This document shows positions 46,639-55,116 of a stretch of DNA of 64,000 bases, piece after piece; within the stretch, counting starts at the first letter, position 1; the number at the start of each line of letters is the position of its first letter. Position numbers and translations under genes: made by a program. The notes beneath the pieces were generated by a model, which was not told the DNA's origin, did no database searches, and saw only the letters and a program-made list of their open reading frames with translations. Origin of the DNA: a virus; the IMG/VR virus record IMGVR_UViG_3300042691_050360, positions 32,001 through 96,000 of that record; one strand, written 5' to 3'.

Positions 46639-46676
46639 AGTATTTATTTCTTTTTAGATTGTGCTGGTTCCTTGTT
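46611..46676. repeat. 66-bp perfect direct repeat, copy 2
   Basis: Identical to 46299-46364; period 312 bp. Confidence 0.95.
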
Positions 46677-47090
46677 CATGCTCACAGAGATCCCAACAAC
46701 TTGGTGGTAGTTTTTTCGCCCGATCTTTACCAGTGTAAAAACACAATCTGGATAAACAATGTCAAAGCCATTATCATTGAAGAAATATTTTTGTGGATTC
46801 CCAAAGTTTTTAATTACTGATTTAAAATCAGACATAAGTCCCACATTTCTGTACTTCACAGATTTGTTTAAACCATAGGCTTGCAGTGTTACAACTTTGC
46901 TATTTTTATCACTGATTGCTGTGAGTAGATATGATTCTCTGGAATAAGTAAAGGACTGAATTCTTTTGTCATCAGATTGATCTAATGTGATTGGGTTTCC
47001 AAATCTATTAGTGACATCGAGAATGGAGATATTCGGGCCGAATCCAAGGAAGCCGGGGAATGCAGATAGTGTTAGGAGAATTGATAGCAT
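46644..47090 (-). CDS. Probable exported protein with two FGNP-containing modules
   Basis: Hydrophobic N-terminus; DVTNRFGNP / SVIKNFGNP. Confidence 0.55.
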   Translation of the reverse strand: MLSILLTLSAFPGFLGFGPNISILDVTNRFGNPITLDQSDDKRIQSFTYSRESYLLTAISDKNSKVVTLQAYGLNKSVKYRNVGLMSDFKSVIKNFGNPQKYFFNDNGFDIVYPDCVFTLVKIGRKNYHQVVGISVSMNKEPAQSKKK

Positions 47091-47124
47091 AAATATATAT
47101 ACGAAAGATGTATAAACTAATTGT

Positions 47125-47364
47125 ATGGCACTTGATAGATGGAGTATGGCGAATATAGCTCAAGAAGAAGCGGCCAAGGCTCTTCAGCAATATAAAATTG
47201 ATGACAGAATCAAAGCGGCTATTGAAGCAGAGCTTCAAACAAAAATAAAACAGGAAATAGATTCTCAATTCGCGGACATGAAAACCGCAGTGAAGATCAT
47301 GAACGAGCAAATTATTATTTTAAAAGATGCAGTGGAAATACTCAGTAAAAAATACAATAAGTAA
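47125..47364 (+). CDS. Small coiled-coil protein
   Basis: 79 aa with heptad character; TAAACT-N6-ATG upstream. Confidence 0.6.
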   Translation: MALDRWSMANIAQEEAAKALQQYKIDDRIKAAIEAELQTKIKQEIDSQFADMKTAVKIMNEQIIILKDAVEILSKKYNK

Positions 47365-47812
47365 AATCATTTTTTCAAGCCCGATTGCATTCTTTCTTGG
47401 CGTGGGTGTGTTTGTTGCCACTGACGTTTTGCAGCCGAGCTATTTCAAGAATATCCCCGCTTATTTTCCTTATTTTATAGCCGCGATGGTAGTGGGCTAC
47501 CTGGCTGTATTCCTCGCATCTTCTTATATATCCACAACAAAATCTAAACCAAGAGCTATATTTTTTATGCTTTTATTCATGGCTATGGAAGGGTTGTTCT
47601 CTGTTTTAGCGGTTTCCACTTATTATGGAAGTCAGGAAATACCAATTTTGAGAATAGTTTCAGGGCTGTGTTTACCCTTGGTGTTTAGCTTGTTCTATTT
47701 TTTGAAAATCATAGAAGCCGAGCCGGTTGTAAAAAATGTAAAAGAATTAATAGATGAAGCAGATCTTTTTAAAAACTTTGATGAGCTTGAGCTTAGCAAG
47801 CCTGATTTCTAG
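47327..47812 (+). CDS. Integral membrane protein (about 4 TM helices)
   Basis: Four hydrophobic stretches and an acidic tail. Confidence 0.7.
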   Translation: MQWKYSVKNTISKIIFSSPIAFFLGVGVFVATDVLQPSYFKNIPAYFPYFIAAMVVGYLAVFLASSYISTTKSKPRAIFFMLLFMAMEGLFSVLAVSTYYGSQEIPILRIVSGLCLPLVFSLFYFLKIIEAEPVVKNVKELIDEADLFKNFDELELSKPDF

Positions 47813-48293
47813 TTGTGCGAATAAACCGATTGAAAGTAAATTAATTTTAATTGATATATCTGGCTCTAATGCGGTTAATATCACAAAAACCTTAAGTAAA
47901 GTAAATGATATTTACATGGAGAGTGGGCCAGGTGATATCTTTGAAATTTATTTCTTTTCGAGTGTGAAATACCTAGCGTACAATGGTGCTAAGTTCAATA
48001 AAGACCGCGATTTTTTACCATTCATTCAGAAGGGCTATGAAAAGACAAAAGAGATTAAAGTAAAAGAAGGCACTTCTTTTGATATTTGTAAATCAATTCT
48101 GGAAAAAACAAATGGCTATACATCAGCTTACATTCTGACAGATGGGTTTTTCGAAGATTCAAAAATCACAAAAATCAACACACCACAAAATCTGAAAATA
48201 AATATTGTTGGACTCAATATACAAAACAATGAGATTGTGTTAAATGCTTTTAAAGATCCTGGACAAGTGACGATAGATTTTCAAGGTGATTAA
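47754..48293 (+). CDS. VWA-domain lipoprotein
   Basis: Lipobox LISSC; MIDAS LIDISGS, GTSF, YILTDG. Confidence 0.75.
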   Translation: MKQIFLKTLMSLSLASLISSCANKPIESKLILIDISGSNAVNITKTLSKVNDIYMESGPGDIFEIYFFSSVKYLAYNGAKFNKDRDFLPFIQKGYEKTKEIKVKEGTSFDICKSILEKTNGYTSAYILTDGFFEDSKITKINTPQNLKINIVGLNIQNNEIVLNAFKDPGQVTIDFQGD

Positions 48294-48310
48294 TTATAAT
48301 CTTAAGAAAA
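48284..48310 (+). promoter_or_regulatory. Putative late (sigmaH-like) promoter
   Basis: AGGT-N18-GAAAA, ATG 8 nt downstream. Confidence 0.6.
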
Positions 48311-48317
48311 TAAAGAT

Positions 48318-48851
48318 ATGATTGATCTTTATTTGTTCGAAATTAAATGTGCTGAAGAAATTGGGGATTATAGGCTGGCAGATTCTTTAGATAGCAAATT
48401 AATGCGAATCGCTTCTTCTAATCACAGAGAGATACAGAAGAAGATTACAAGAAAAGTTGAATCAGATTCAGCAATTAAAGATGTTTCATTTTCAAATTCG
48501 AGGCAGAAATTCATCGTATCAGCGGATCAATCTTTGAGTAATTTCACAAAGAGAGAAATTCAATCTTTGGCGGGGCCATATCCTGTGTCCTTCCGATACA
48601 GCAATAAAACAATCGACGAGCTTATGTCGGGTGAATCGGAAGACCCCATGCAAAGGCATTTAAATGAGCTTGAACAGCTGGGTCCAGATTATGTAGGTTT
48701 GGACTCACTTGATGACATGGAGCCGTCAGATGAGGATCTGAGGTTCACTGCGGAGCATCCTGAAAATGAGTTTAACGAAGACCCGGAAGACATAGACGCA
48801 TTCTTGCTGGAATTCGCCCGAGATAATATGCGAACACAGCCTGGATATTAG
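48318..48851 (+). CDS. Probable internal head protein with shared leader
   Basis: AEEIGDYRLADSLDSKLMRIASS leader; acidic C-terminus. Confidence 0.55.
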   Translation: MIDLYLFEIKCAEEIGDYRLADSLDSKLMRIASSNHREIQKKITRKVESDSAIKDVSFSNSRQKFIVSADQSLSNFTKREIQSLAGPYPVSFRYSNKTIDELMSGESEDPMQRHLNELEQLGPDYVGLDSLDDMEPSDEDLRFTAEHPENEFNEDPEDIDAFLLEFARDNMRTQPGY

Positions 48852-49126
48852 ATTTCTCTATTGAAGAAATCTGCTTCAAACGGTGGGGCATCAAGATTTA
48901 ATTTTGATTCCAGTTCATGTATTTTGTAGAATTTCACTTTGTGTGTTGCGAGTAATGGAGTGTATGTTGCTAAGTTGATCAGTAACTCGTGATATTTTTC
49001 GCCTATAATTTTAACTATAAGAAGAAGCTCTTCGTTTGTGTATTTTCTATCTGTTAGCTTAGAAAGAAATTTGTCAAGAGCTGCCGCTTGAGATAAATAA
49101 AGTTTGGCTACTTCGTTTGGCTCCAT
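48848..49126 (-). CDS. Hypothetical protein
   Basis: 92 aa at the end of the minus-strand module. Confidence 0.55.
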   Translation of the reverse strand: MEPNEVAKLYLSQAAALDKFLSKLTDRKYTNEELLLIVKIIGEKYHELLINLATYTPLLATHKVKFYKIHELESKLNLDAPPFEADFFNREI

Positions 49127-49139
49127 ATTATATTGTTAT

Positions 49140-49646
49140 TCATTCATTATTGTTGACCTTTTTCCTTAAAAGACCTAAAGCAAGTTGAATTTTTTCATAT
49201 TTCTTGATTTCCATGTTTTCAAAATCTGATAAACTTAATTGAACTTCGCCATTAAAAATATGTTTTGCTAGTAGTAATTCATAAGGTAGTTTTTGATCCC
49301 CGTTTTCACTATCAAGAAAGACTTCACATTCTAGATTGAAGTTTTCTATTTCTGTTTCGCTCATGCAGAATGAACTTTTTAAAGCATCATAAACACCCTT
49401 GATTAAATTAAATGAAATTGGGTCGTTTTTTGACTTTGAGCTATAAACCACTTTATTGTTTTTCATCAATGTAAAGTTTACACAATCAATCATTTTCCGC
49501 ATCTCGACAAAAGATGAGTAACCTTCTTCATTGAATGAGCCATAGTCTAACTCTGCCGCTTTCGCCACAGATATAGGTTCATGAATTAGTTCATGATATT
49601 CGCACTGAATCTCTAGGGTCAACCGGTTTTTCTTGGGGTTTGACAT
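49140..49646 (-). CDS. Possible tail assembly chaperone
   Basis: Follows a tube-like gene; start set at ATG 49646 with AGGAG SD. Confidence 0.4.
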   Translation of the reverse strand: MSNPKKNRLTLEIQCEYHELIHEPISVAKAAELDYGSFNEEGYSSFVEMRKMIDCVNFTLMKNNKVVYSSKSKNDPISFNLIKGVYDALKSSFCMSETEIENFNLECEVFLDSENGDQKLPYELLLAKHIFNGEVQLSLSDFENMEIKKYEKIQLALGLLRKKVNNNE

Positions 49647-50892
49647 ATATTTCTCCTGTGGGTTCGCCAAATAGACCGTCTAGATGAACATTGAATTCAT
49701 TCTGTTTATAATACTCCTGGTATGCCGATTCTTGGAGAAGTGCTGTGAAATTAACTTTGTGAATATACGATGATTTTTCTGCTGAAACTTCAAGACTAAA
49801 AACTTGGAAACTCACATTCTCCATAGGGAAATAAAAAGGGCCGCCGAAGTACATCACCAAAGTTTTATTCACGCCTGTGTCAAAATATTTTTGAAGATTC
49901 TGCGAAGCAATGAATTCGATACTTCCCGATACAGATCTGCTTTTTAGGGAGATGTATCTCATCCCATCTATGATATTTTTATTAACGCCGTCGTTTGCTG
50001 TGTATTTTTCTTCAAGTTTATTATCCACGCTGAGAGACATGCTGTATATATTATTTCCTTGTACTGCTATAGATCTTGCAAGAGGGCTGTATGCGGCATA
50101 AAAAGAACTAATACCCAAACTTTCCACTGAGTTATTAGATTCACTGTTTTCCTTGAATTGAGTTTGTCCGAGGAGGAGAAGACAATCATATGTTTTCGCC
50201 ACTCTGTAAACAGATCTAAAGCTTGAAAAGCTTGAGTTAATTCCCACACTTGTGGCCGCTACGTCGCTTGTGTCGTAGTATTTTTTGAAATCTATCCAGT
50301 TTTTATTTTCGTAGAGATTTTTTGGAAAAGCATATGCTGATCCGCCTACAAAATCCAAATCTATAGAAACAGAATCCGAAGCACTAATGCTGAATTTCTT
50401 AACAAAAAGCGGAGCTCCAATATTCTGAGGGTAAACATCGGTGCTTAAAAAAAATGGAACGAACCAATATACAGCAAGCCTCCAAATTTGTTGTAAGAAT
50501 TTTGAATTTGGTTGATCGGTGCTATACGGCAAAATAACAGGCAGAGTAATTTTGCCTTCCGTTTTTAAGGCATTGTTTTGAGGGCTAGAAATAAACTTAG
50601 ACCAGGTGTATGTATCAACAGCTTCAAAAAACTTGATATCATTTATATTTAATGAATTTACTAATCCAAAATTATAACTAGACTCATCTTTGGCGATTTC
50701 TGATAAGGTGCCCTGAAGCGATTCATTAAAAAAATCAAATGAAGGTGTGAATTTTTTAACTGTATTTGCCGGAATGGTTGCTCTATAAACATTAATGAAC
50801 GGCATATACTCGAAATTTTCGTTATAAAATGTTTGATTATTGTACAGAGCGATTGCTACTCTTTTAAGAGATGATGGGTTGAACAGAATCAA
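49591..50892 (-). CDS. Tail tube-like structural protein
   Basis: SMSLSVDNKLE..RSVSGSIEF C-terminal pattern typical of tube proteins; paralog of 51244-52494. Confidence 0.5.
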   Translation of the reverse strand: MILFNPSSLKRVAIALYNNQTFYNENFEYMPFINVYRATIPANTVKKFTPSFDFFNESLQGTLSEIAKDESSYNFGLVNSLNINDIKFFEAVDTYTWSKFISSPQNNALKTEGKITLPVILPYSTDQPNSKFLQQIWRLAVYWFVPFFLSTDVYPQNIGAPLFVKKFSISASDSVSIDLDFVGGSAYAFPKNLYENKNWIDFKKYYDTSDVAATSVGINSSFSSFRSVYRVAKTYDCLLLLGQTQFKENSESNNSVESLGISSFYAAYSPLARSIAVQGNNIYSMSLSVDNKLEEKYTANDGVNKNIIDGMRYISLKSRSVSGSIEFIASQNLQKYFDTGVNKTLVMYFGGPFYFPMENVSFQVFSLEVSAEKSSYIHKVNFTALLQESAYQEYYKQNEFNVHLDGLFGEPTGEIYVKPQEKPVDPRDSVRIS

Positions 50893-51272
50893 AGTACACC
50901 TCTTAGCCAGTTCTTGCAGACCATTTTAGCAAGACTGTAGTTCATAGAATTTATTGAATTGCTGTCTACTACTATTGTGCTTAACCTTTCATTATCTGGG
51001 AATTCAATTTGAATAATTGCATTCAGTAAAATCTGCCTGTATAAAACTGAAGTTCTTATAAAAGGTTTCCCAGTAATGTGATTTATAAATGTGGCTTCCT
51101 CTAATGCGTTTGACACCGTGCTAAAATCTGGCCCTTTAGCTAAATATTTCAGAGTAAGTGAACTGTTGTCATTGGGCGATCTGAATTTAGTCAGACCATT
51201 GGGTAGTTCCTCAAAACTATATTTAAATTCAAAACCGTACATGTTATCCATTATTTCCTGTTTCCATTTCAA
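50889..51272 (-). CDS. Possible tail assembly chaperone
   Basis: Small ORF between two tube-like genes; start may be 51251. Confidence 0.4.
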   Translation of the reverse strand: MKWKQEIMDNMYGFEFKYSFEELPNGLTKFRSPNDNSSLTLKYLAKGPDFSTVSNALEEATFINHITGKPFIRTSVLYRQILLNAIIQIEFPDNERLSTIVVDSNSINSMNYSLAKMVCKNWLRGVL

Positions 51273-52494
51273 ATAAGGGCTGACCCTGTCTGTCTCTTGT
51301 TACAGCAGTCCAGTTGAATTGAAGATTGACGTAATCGCCTTGGTTAATTTCCACCCTGCCGGGATTCCAAACCGTGTAAGGAATGTTATAGATTTGGTTA
51401 TTGAAATTTAAGCTTAAACTTTTTCTAGTTGAATTATTTAACACGGGGTATCTATCGAATGTTGGTTGGGATGATCGCAAAGCCAATACAGACATTGTAC
51501 CATTTATTTTTCTTTGCTTTGAATAGTAGCCAACGGCATATGTTCTTTGCATTTTTTGAGACATGTTTGTGTGTATTACCTCAAGCCCATTATCTATATT
51601 AAGGGTAAACTCTTTAATAGGTGTGGCAGAAAAACTTTGTGTTATCAATCCGTCCATGTAATCTAGACTGTTTAAATCTGTAATATCAAACGTAGATGTT
51701 ATATCATTCACAAAATCTGATATCAAAACCCTGGATTTGTGCAGGGGGATAATTGACATTTTTGATAAATTAACTGAGCTTGCATTTATAAATTCGTAAC
51801 GAATGGAGCGGGAGTAGTTGAGCGAGACTATTTCGCATTTTAGTTTAATATAATCCTGCTCCATACTGAGCGAAATCTTATCTATCATACAAGGATAAAA
51901 ACTCCCTTCGGCACAATTTATCCTAAACATTGGTTCATATTGCACCGGGAATTCTTCTAGTGTAGTCCCATATTTAAAAACATCCACCCAGCCAGTGACT
52001 GGCATTGGGTCTGGTAATTCATTAACTTCTACGGCTAAGCCACTGTCGCTAACTTGGAAGTATTTATATGCCGACAATAAGCCTTCCGTTGTTGTAAATA
52101 AATTTTGATACATTAAATATTCATTAACTGGTGTATTGTTATTTGGGTTAGTTCCGTCGTTTTTCGTAAACTTAAATGGGGCGGATGTTCCTTGGTAAGA
52201 CCATGCTGATAAATTAAATAGCATGTCTATCGCGGGATCTAATGTTCCTGTCACACTATTTGAAAAAAGAAAATCAGCCGAAATATTTAACTTTCTGTGA
52301 TCAAGCATTGTGTAGTTAACTTGATCGAAACCTCCAAATAATAATCTGTCCTCGACCACTCCTTGATTTACGTTGACAGATATTCTATCAATAAGTGCAT
52401 TTCTCGCGGATGAAAGAGAATTTCCGAAATAATCACACTTAAAAATCTCGATGTAGCCATAATTACTTGGATAAGAAAATAAATTTAACATCAT
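51244..52494 (-). CDS. Tail tube-like structural protein
   Basis: EFTLNIDNGLE..QRKINGTMSV..FNWTA. Confidence 0.55.
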   Translation of the reverse strand: MMLNLFSYPSNYGYIEIFKCDYFGNSLSSARNALIDRISVNVNQGVVEDRLLFGGFDQVNYTMLDHRKLNISADFLFSNSVTGTLDPAIDMLFNLSAWSYQGTSAPFKFTKNDGTNPNNNTPVNEYLMYQNLFTTTEGLLSAYKYFQVSDSGLAVEVNELPDPMPVTGWVDVFKYGTTLEEFPVQYEPMFRINCAEGSFYPCMIDKISLSMEQDYIKLKCEIVSLNYSRSIRYEFINASSVNLSKMSIIPLHKSRVLISDFVNDITSTFDITDLNSLDYMDGLITQSFSATPIKEFTLNIDNGLEVIHTNMSQKMQRTYAVGYYSKQRKINGTMSVLALRSSQPTFDRYPVLNNSTRKSLSLNFNNQIYNIPYTVWNPGRVEINQGDYVNLQFNWTAVTRDRQGQPLFEMETGNNG

Positions 52495-55097
52495 GGCAAG
52501 GAATCTACTGTGAAAGTATCATAAATCGTCCAGTTTATAACACTGGTTCCAGTAACGAAATTAACACCAGTTTCCAAATCTGGTGCAACAAAAACATCTA
52601 TCACTGAGTCGAACAGATCAGTTTCCTCGCCAAGTAAAATGGACGTACCTCTGTTTGTGCCTCTCGGCAGGCTTCCAGATAGTGTGGTCTGGAAGCCAGT
52701 GACGGAATTAGCGGCGAGCACTGAAATCAACATCGAATTCTGGATAGGTGCAGTTGAAATGATTGCTCCGCCTACTACAGATACGCTTGCACCAACATCG
52801 TCATAACTCAATGTGTCTAGGTTTAAATTTGGAACATAAATTTGAATTCTAGCTGGATAAGCTGATTTATCATTTGTCAAATTAACGCCTCTGGAAGAAG
52901 TTACATTACCCGTGGAGCCTTGATCTACAAAACCCAGCTTAATAATCTGAGACGGGGAACTAACAGTTGAATTCCATGTAGGTAAAGAGTTTGATGTTGC
53001 GAAGTTAGTTGAAAAGCCACTTGACACCCTGAATTTAATCTGCTGGTTGGCGTTTATAGCATAAGGAACATTCATTGAGAATACAGCCCAATAATTAGTG
53101 TTGCTGTTTAGCCCGATAAAGTTTTCTTTTTCTGTTGGCATATTCATCAAATAAGACGACGATATTGATGCTATGGGTATGGACTGAAGCAACTCAATAG
53201 TGGTACCAGTTGGGGCTGAGGATGTCCCTGTGTATATTCCGCAATTTAATTGAGATAGTATTGGTAGTAGCTGTGCCCCCGAACCGCCAGAATTTGTTTC
53301 ATTATCAAATATTGTCAGAGTAGGCGTGTAAGTATAGCCGCTGCCAAAAGATGTGACAACCACCGACCCAATGCCTCCACCGGCTGTCGTTGATATAGAT
53401 ATTGATGCACCTGTTCCTCCGCCGGTTATAAGAACATATGGAGATATATAATTAGAACCAGAAGAAACTATTAAGCAACTTTGTATTCCCGTGAGAGGGC
53501 CGGGGTCGGTAATGAAAGCGTTGAATCCCAATCCCCCAATTATACCCCGCCTGCCGTCAGAATCTTTTATCTTAAAGGCAAAATACGACGAGCTAATACC
53601 AAGCGGGGGCGATGATGTATTTGCAAGAACTGCATCGTTCAGTGATGAATATTCAACTTCAAATGGACTGGTCAATCTTTGCTGTTGGAATCCGTTTAAC
53701 TGTCTTACATTTTTATAAACGTGAAAGAAGAGAGGGCTTGAAACCGTTGGTGCTGTCCAGCTCAGATAGTTATTAATTTTTTTATCAAAGAAGAAATTAG
53801 AATCAGCATTAAATGTTGGTGCGTACTCTCCAGATGGTGTTACTGCTGAAATTCCATAAGAATATGTTCCGTTATTGATCGTAGAATTCCCTGTGAAATC
53901 AACATAACTGTTAAGTGTTGACGATCCTGGGAAAAGCCCTAAAGATTGTCCTATATATACATTACCGCCGTAGATGTCGCCCCTGAATATTGCATATGTT
54001 CTGATTAAATCTACGCCTTTATAAAAAAACCAAAAGTCTTTAAAGCGAGGGTCAAAATCAACTTTTTGTAGTCCATCAAATCCCAAGCCATATTGAAAAA
54101 TTCCAGTTGGAGTTAGCGGTTGAGAATGCCAATACTGATCAAATCCTACGGCATTTGATGATATACCATTTGTGTACGAAATAAAACTATTTACCAGCTT
54201 AGATTCTATGTCATAATTTTGAACGGTTGCGTATGCTTTTATTGAGTTATTAACAGAAATTACAAAAGCGTTATATGATGCCTGATTTGGAAAGAAATCA
54301 GAAGGCGAACTATATACTGGGTATGATTCAAAAAGCTTTTCAACACCCAGTGGGCAGGTGTATGACAAGGATCCTACACTTCCTGTGATATTTACTATTG
54401 CTGATGCGAGTATAATACCAGACCTCGGGATGCTCACGTCAGGCGGGGAACCAGTGACAGCAAATGTAGTAATGTATTTCACTACCGGCTGAAAAATTAA
54501 AGTAAGAGTTGATCCAGCAAAAGCATAATTTGATGGATCTTGCGTAAGATAAATTGCATTTACGCTGGAATCTATAGATGCCACACCGAATAAATAATTG
54601 TTAACATTAACTGATTTAAAATTGTTTAGATAATTAACATTAGGCAGTTGATTGACATAGATTATGGATCCAGATACAGAGGTGATCGTGCAATTAAAAA
54701 CAGTTGATGATAAGTTGAAGTCATTATAGTCCAGGTAGAATTTGAATAATTTTGTGCCCGCAGTATCCTGGTCGGATTTCACTGGAATTGACTGAGACGG
54801 CATATTGATCAAGTTTGTTCTGAAAAAAACAATTCCAGGGCTAAATTGGAAAGTGACATCGGTGCCTGTGTCTGAAAAAGAAATGGTTGCAAATGATGAA
54901 GCGTTGTCGTAAACTCCAAAAATTGGCCTTCCCGTTGTTATGATTGATCCGATTTGGGATATGTTAAATAATGCGGAATTCGGAGTAGATGTTGAGCCCA
55001 GAACATTACTTTTTAAATCATATGAAATCCCGATAGACTGTGATAAATCAACCAAAAAAGAATTATTTACATTTGCCACTAATTCAATTTTCCGCAA
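52491..55097 (-). CDS. Large S/T/G/N-rich virion structural protein (baseplate/fibre-like)
   Basis: 868 aa, beta-rich; VSSGSNY and TSFGSGYTYTPT repeats; FN3-like YSYGISAV. Confidence 0.6.
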   Translation of the reverse strand: MRKIELVANVNNSFLVDLSQSIGISYDLKSNVLGSTSTPNSALFNISQIGSIITTGRPIFGVYDNASSFATISFSDTGTDVTFQFSPGIVFFRTNLINMPSQSIPVKSDQDTAGTKLFKFYLDYNDFNLSSTVFNCTITSVSGSIIYVNQLPNVNYLNNFKSVNVNNYLFGVASIDSSVNAIYLTQDPSNYAFAGSTLTLIFQPVVKYITTFAVTGSPPDVSIPRSGIILASAIVNITGSVGSLSYTCPLGVEKLFESYPVYSSPSDFFPNQASYNAFVISVNNSIKAYATVQNYDIESKLVNSFISYTNGISSNAVGFDQYWHSQPLTPTGIFQYGLGFDGLQKVDFDPRFKDFWFFYKGVDLIRTYAIFRGDIYGGNVYIGQSLGLFPGSSTLNSYVDFTGNSTINNGTYSYGISAVTPSGEYAPTFNADSNFFFDKKINNYLSWTAPTVSSPLFFHVYKNVRQLNGFQQQRLTSPFEVEYSSLNDAVLANTSSPPLGISSSYFAFKIKDSDGRRGIIGGLGFNAFITDPGPLTGIQSCLIVSSGSNYISPYVLITGGGTGASISISTTAGGGIGSVVVTSFGSGYTYTPTLTIFDNETNSGGSGAQLLPILSQLNCGIYTGTSSAPTGTTIELLQSIPIASISSSYLMNMPTEKENFIGLNSNTNYWAVFSMNVPYAINANQQIKFRVSSGFSTNFATSNSLPTWNSTVSSPSQIIKLGFVDQGSTGNVTSSRGVNLTNDKSAYPARIQIYVPNLNLDTLSYDDVGASVSVVGGAIISTAPIQNSMLISVLAANSVTGFQTTLSGSLPRGTNRGTSILLGEETDLFDSVIDVFVAPDLETGVNFVTGTSVINWTIYDTFTVDSLP

Positions 55098-55116
55098 AAA
55101 AATATGTTTCGCCTGT

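Noticed and set aside
46299-46676. att sites or target-site duplication of a mobile element
   Set aside because: No integrase or transposase; the repeat matches promoter plus leader, which tandem duplication explains better
49140-51272. Programmed frameshift in tail assembly chaperones
   Set aside because: No convincing slippery site with a downstream extension frame, and no tape measure gene follows
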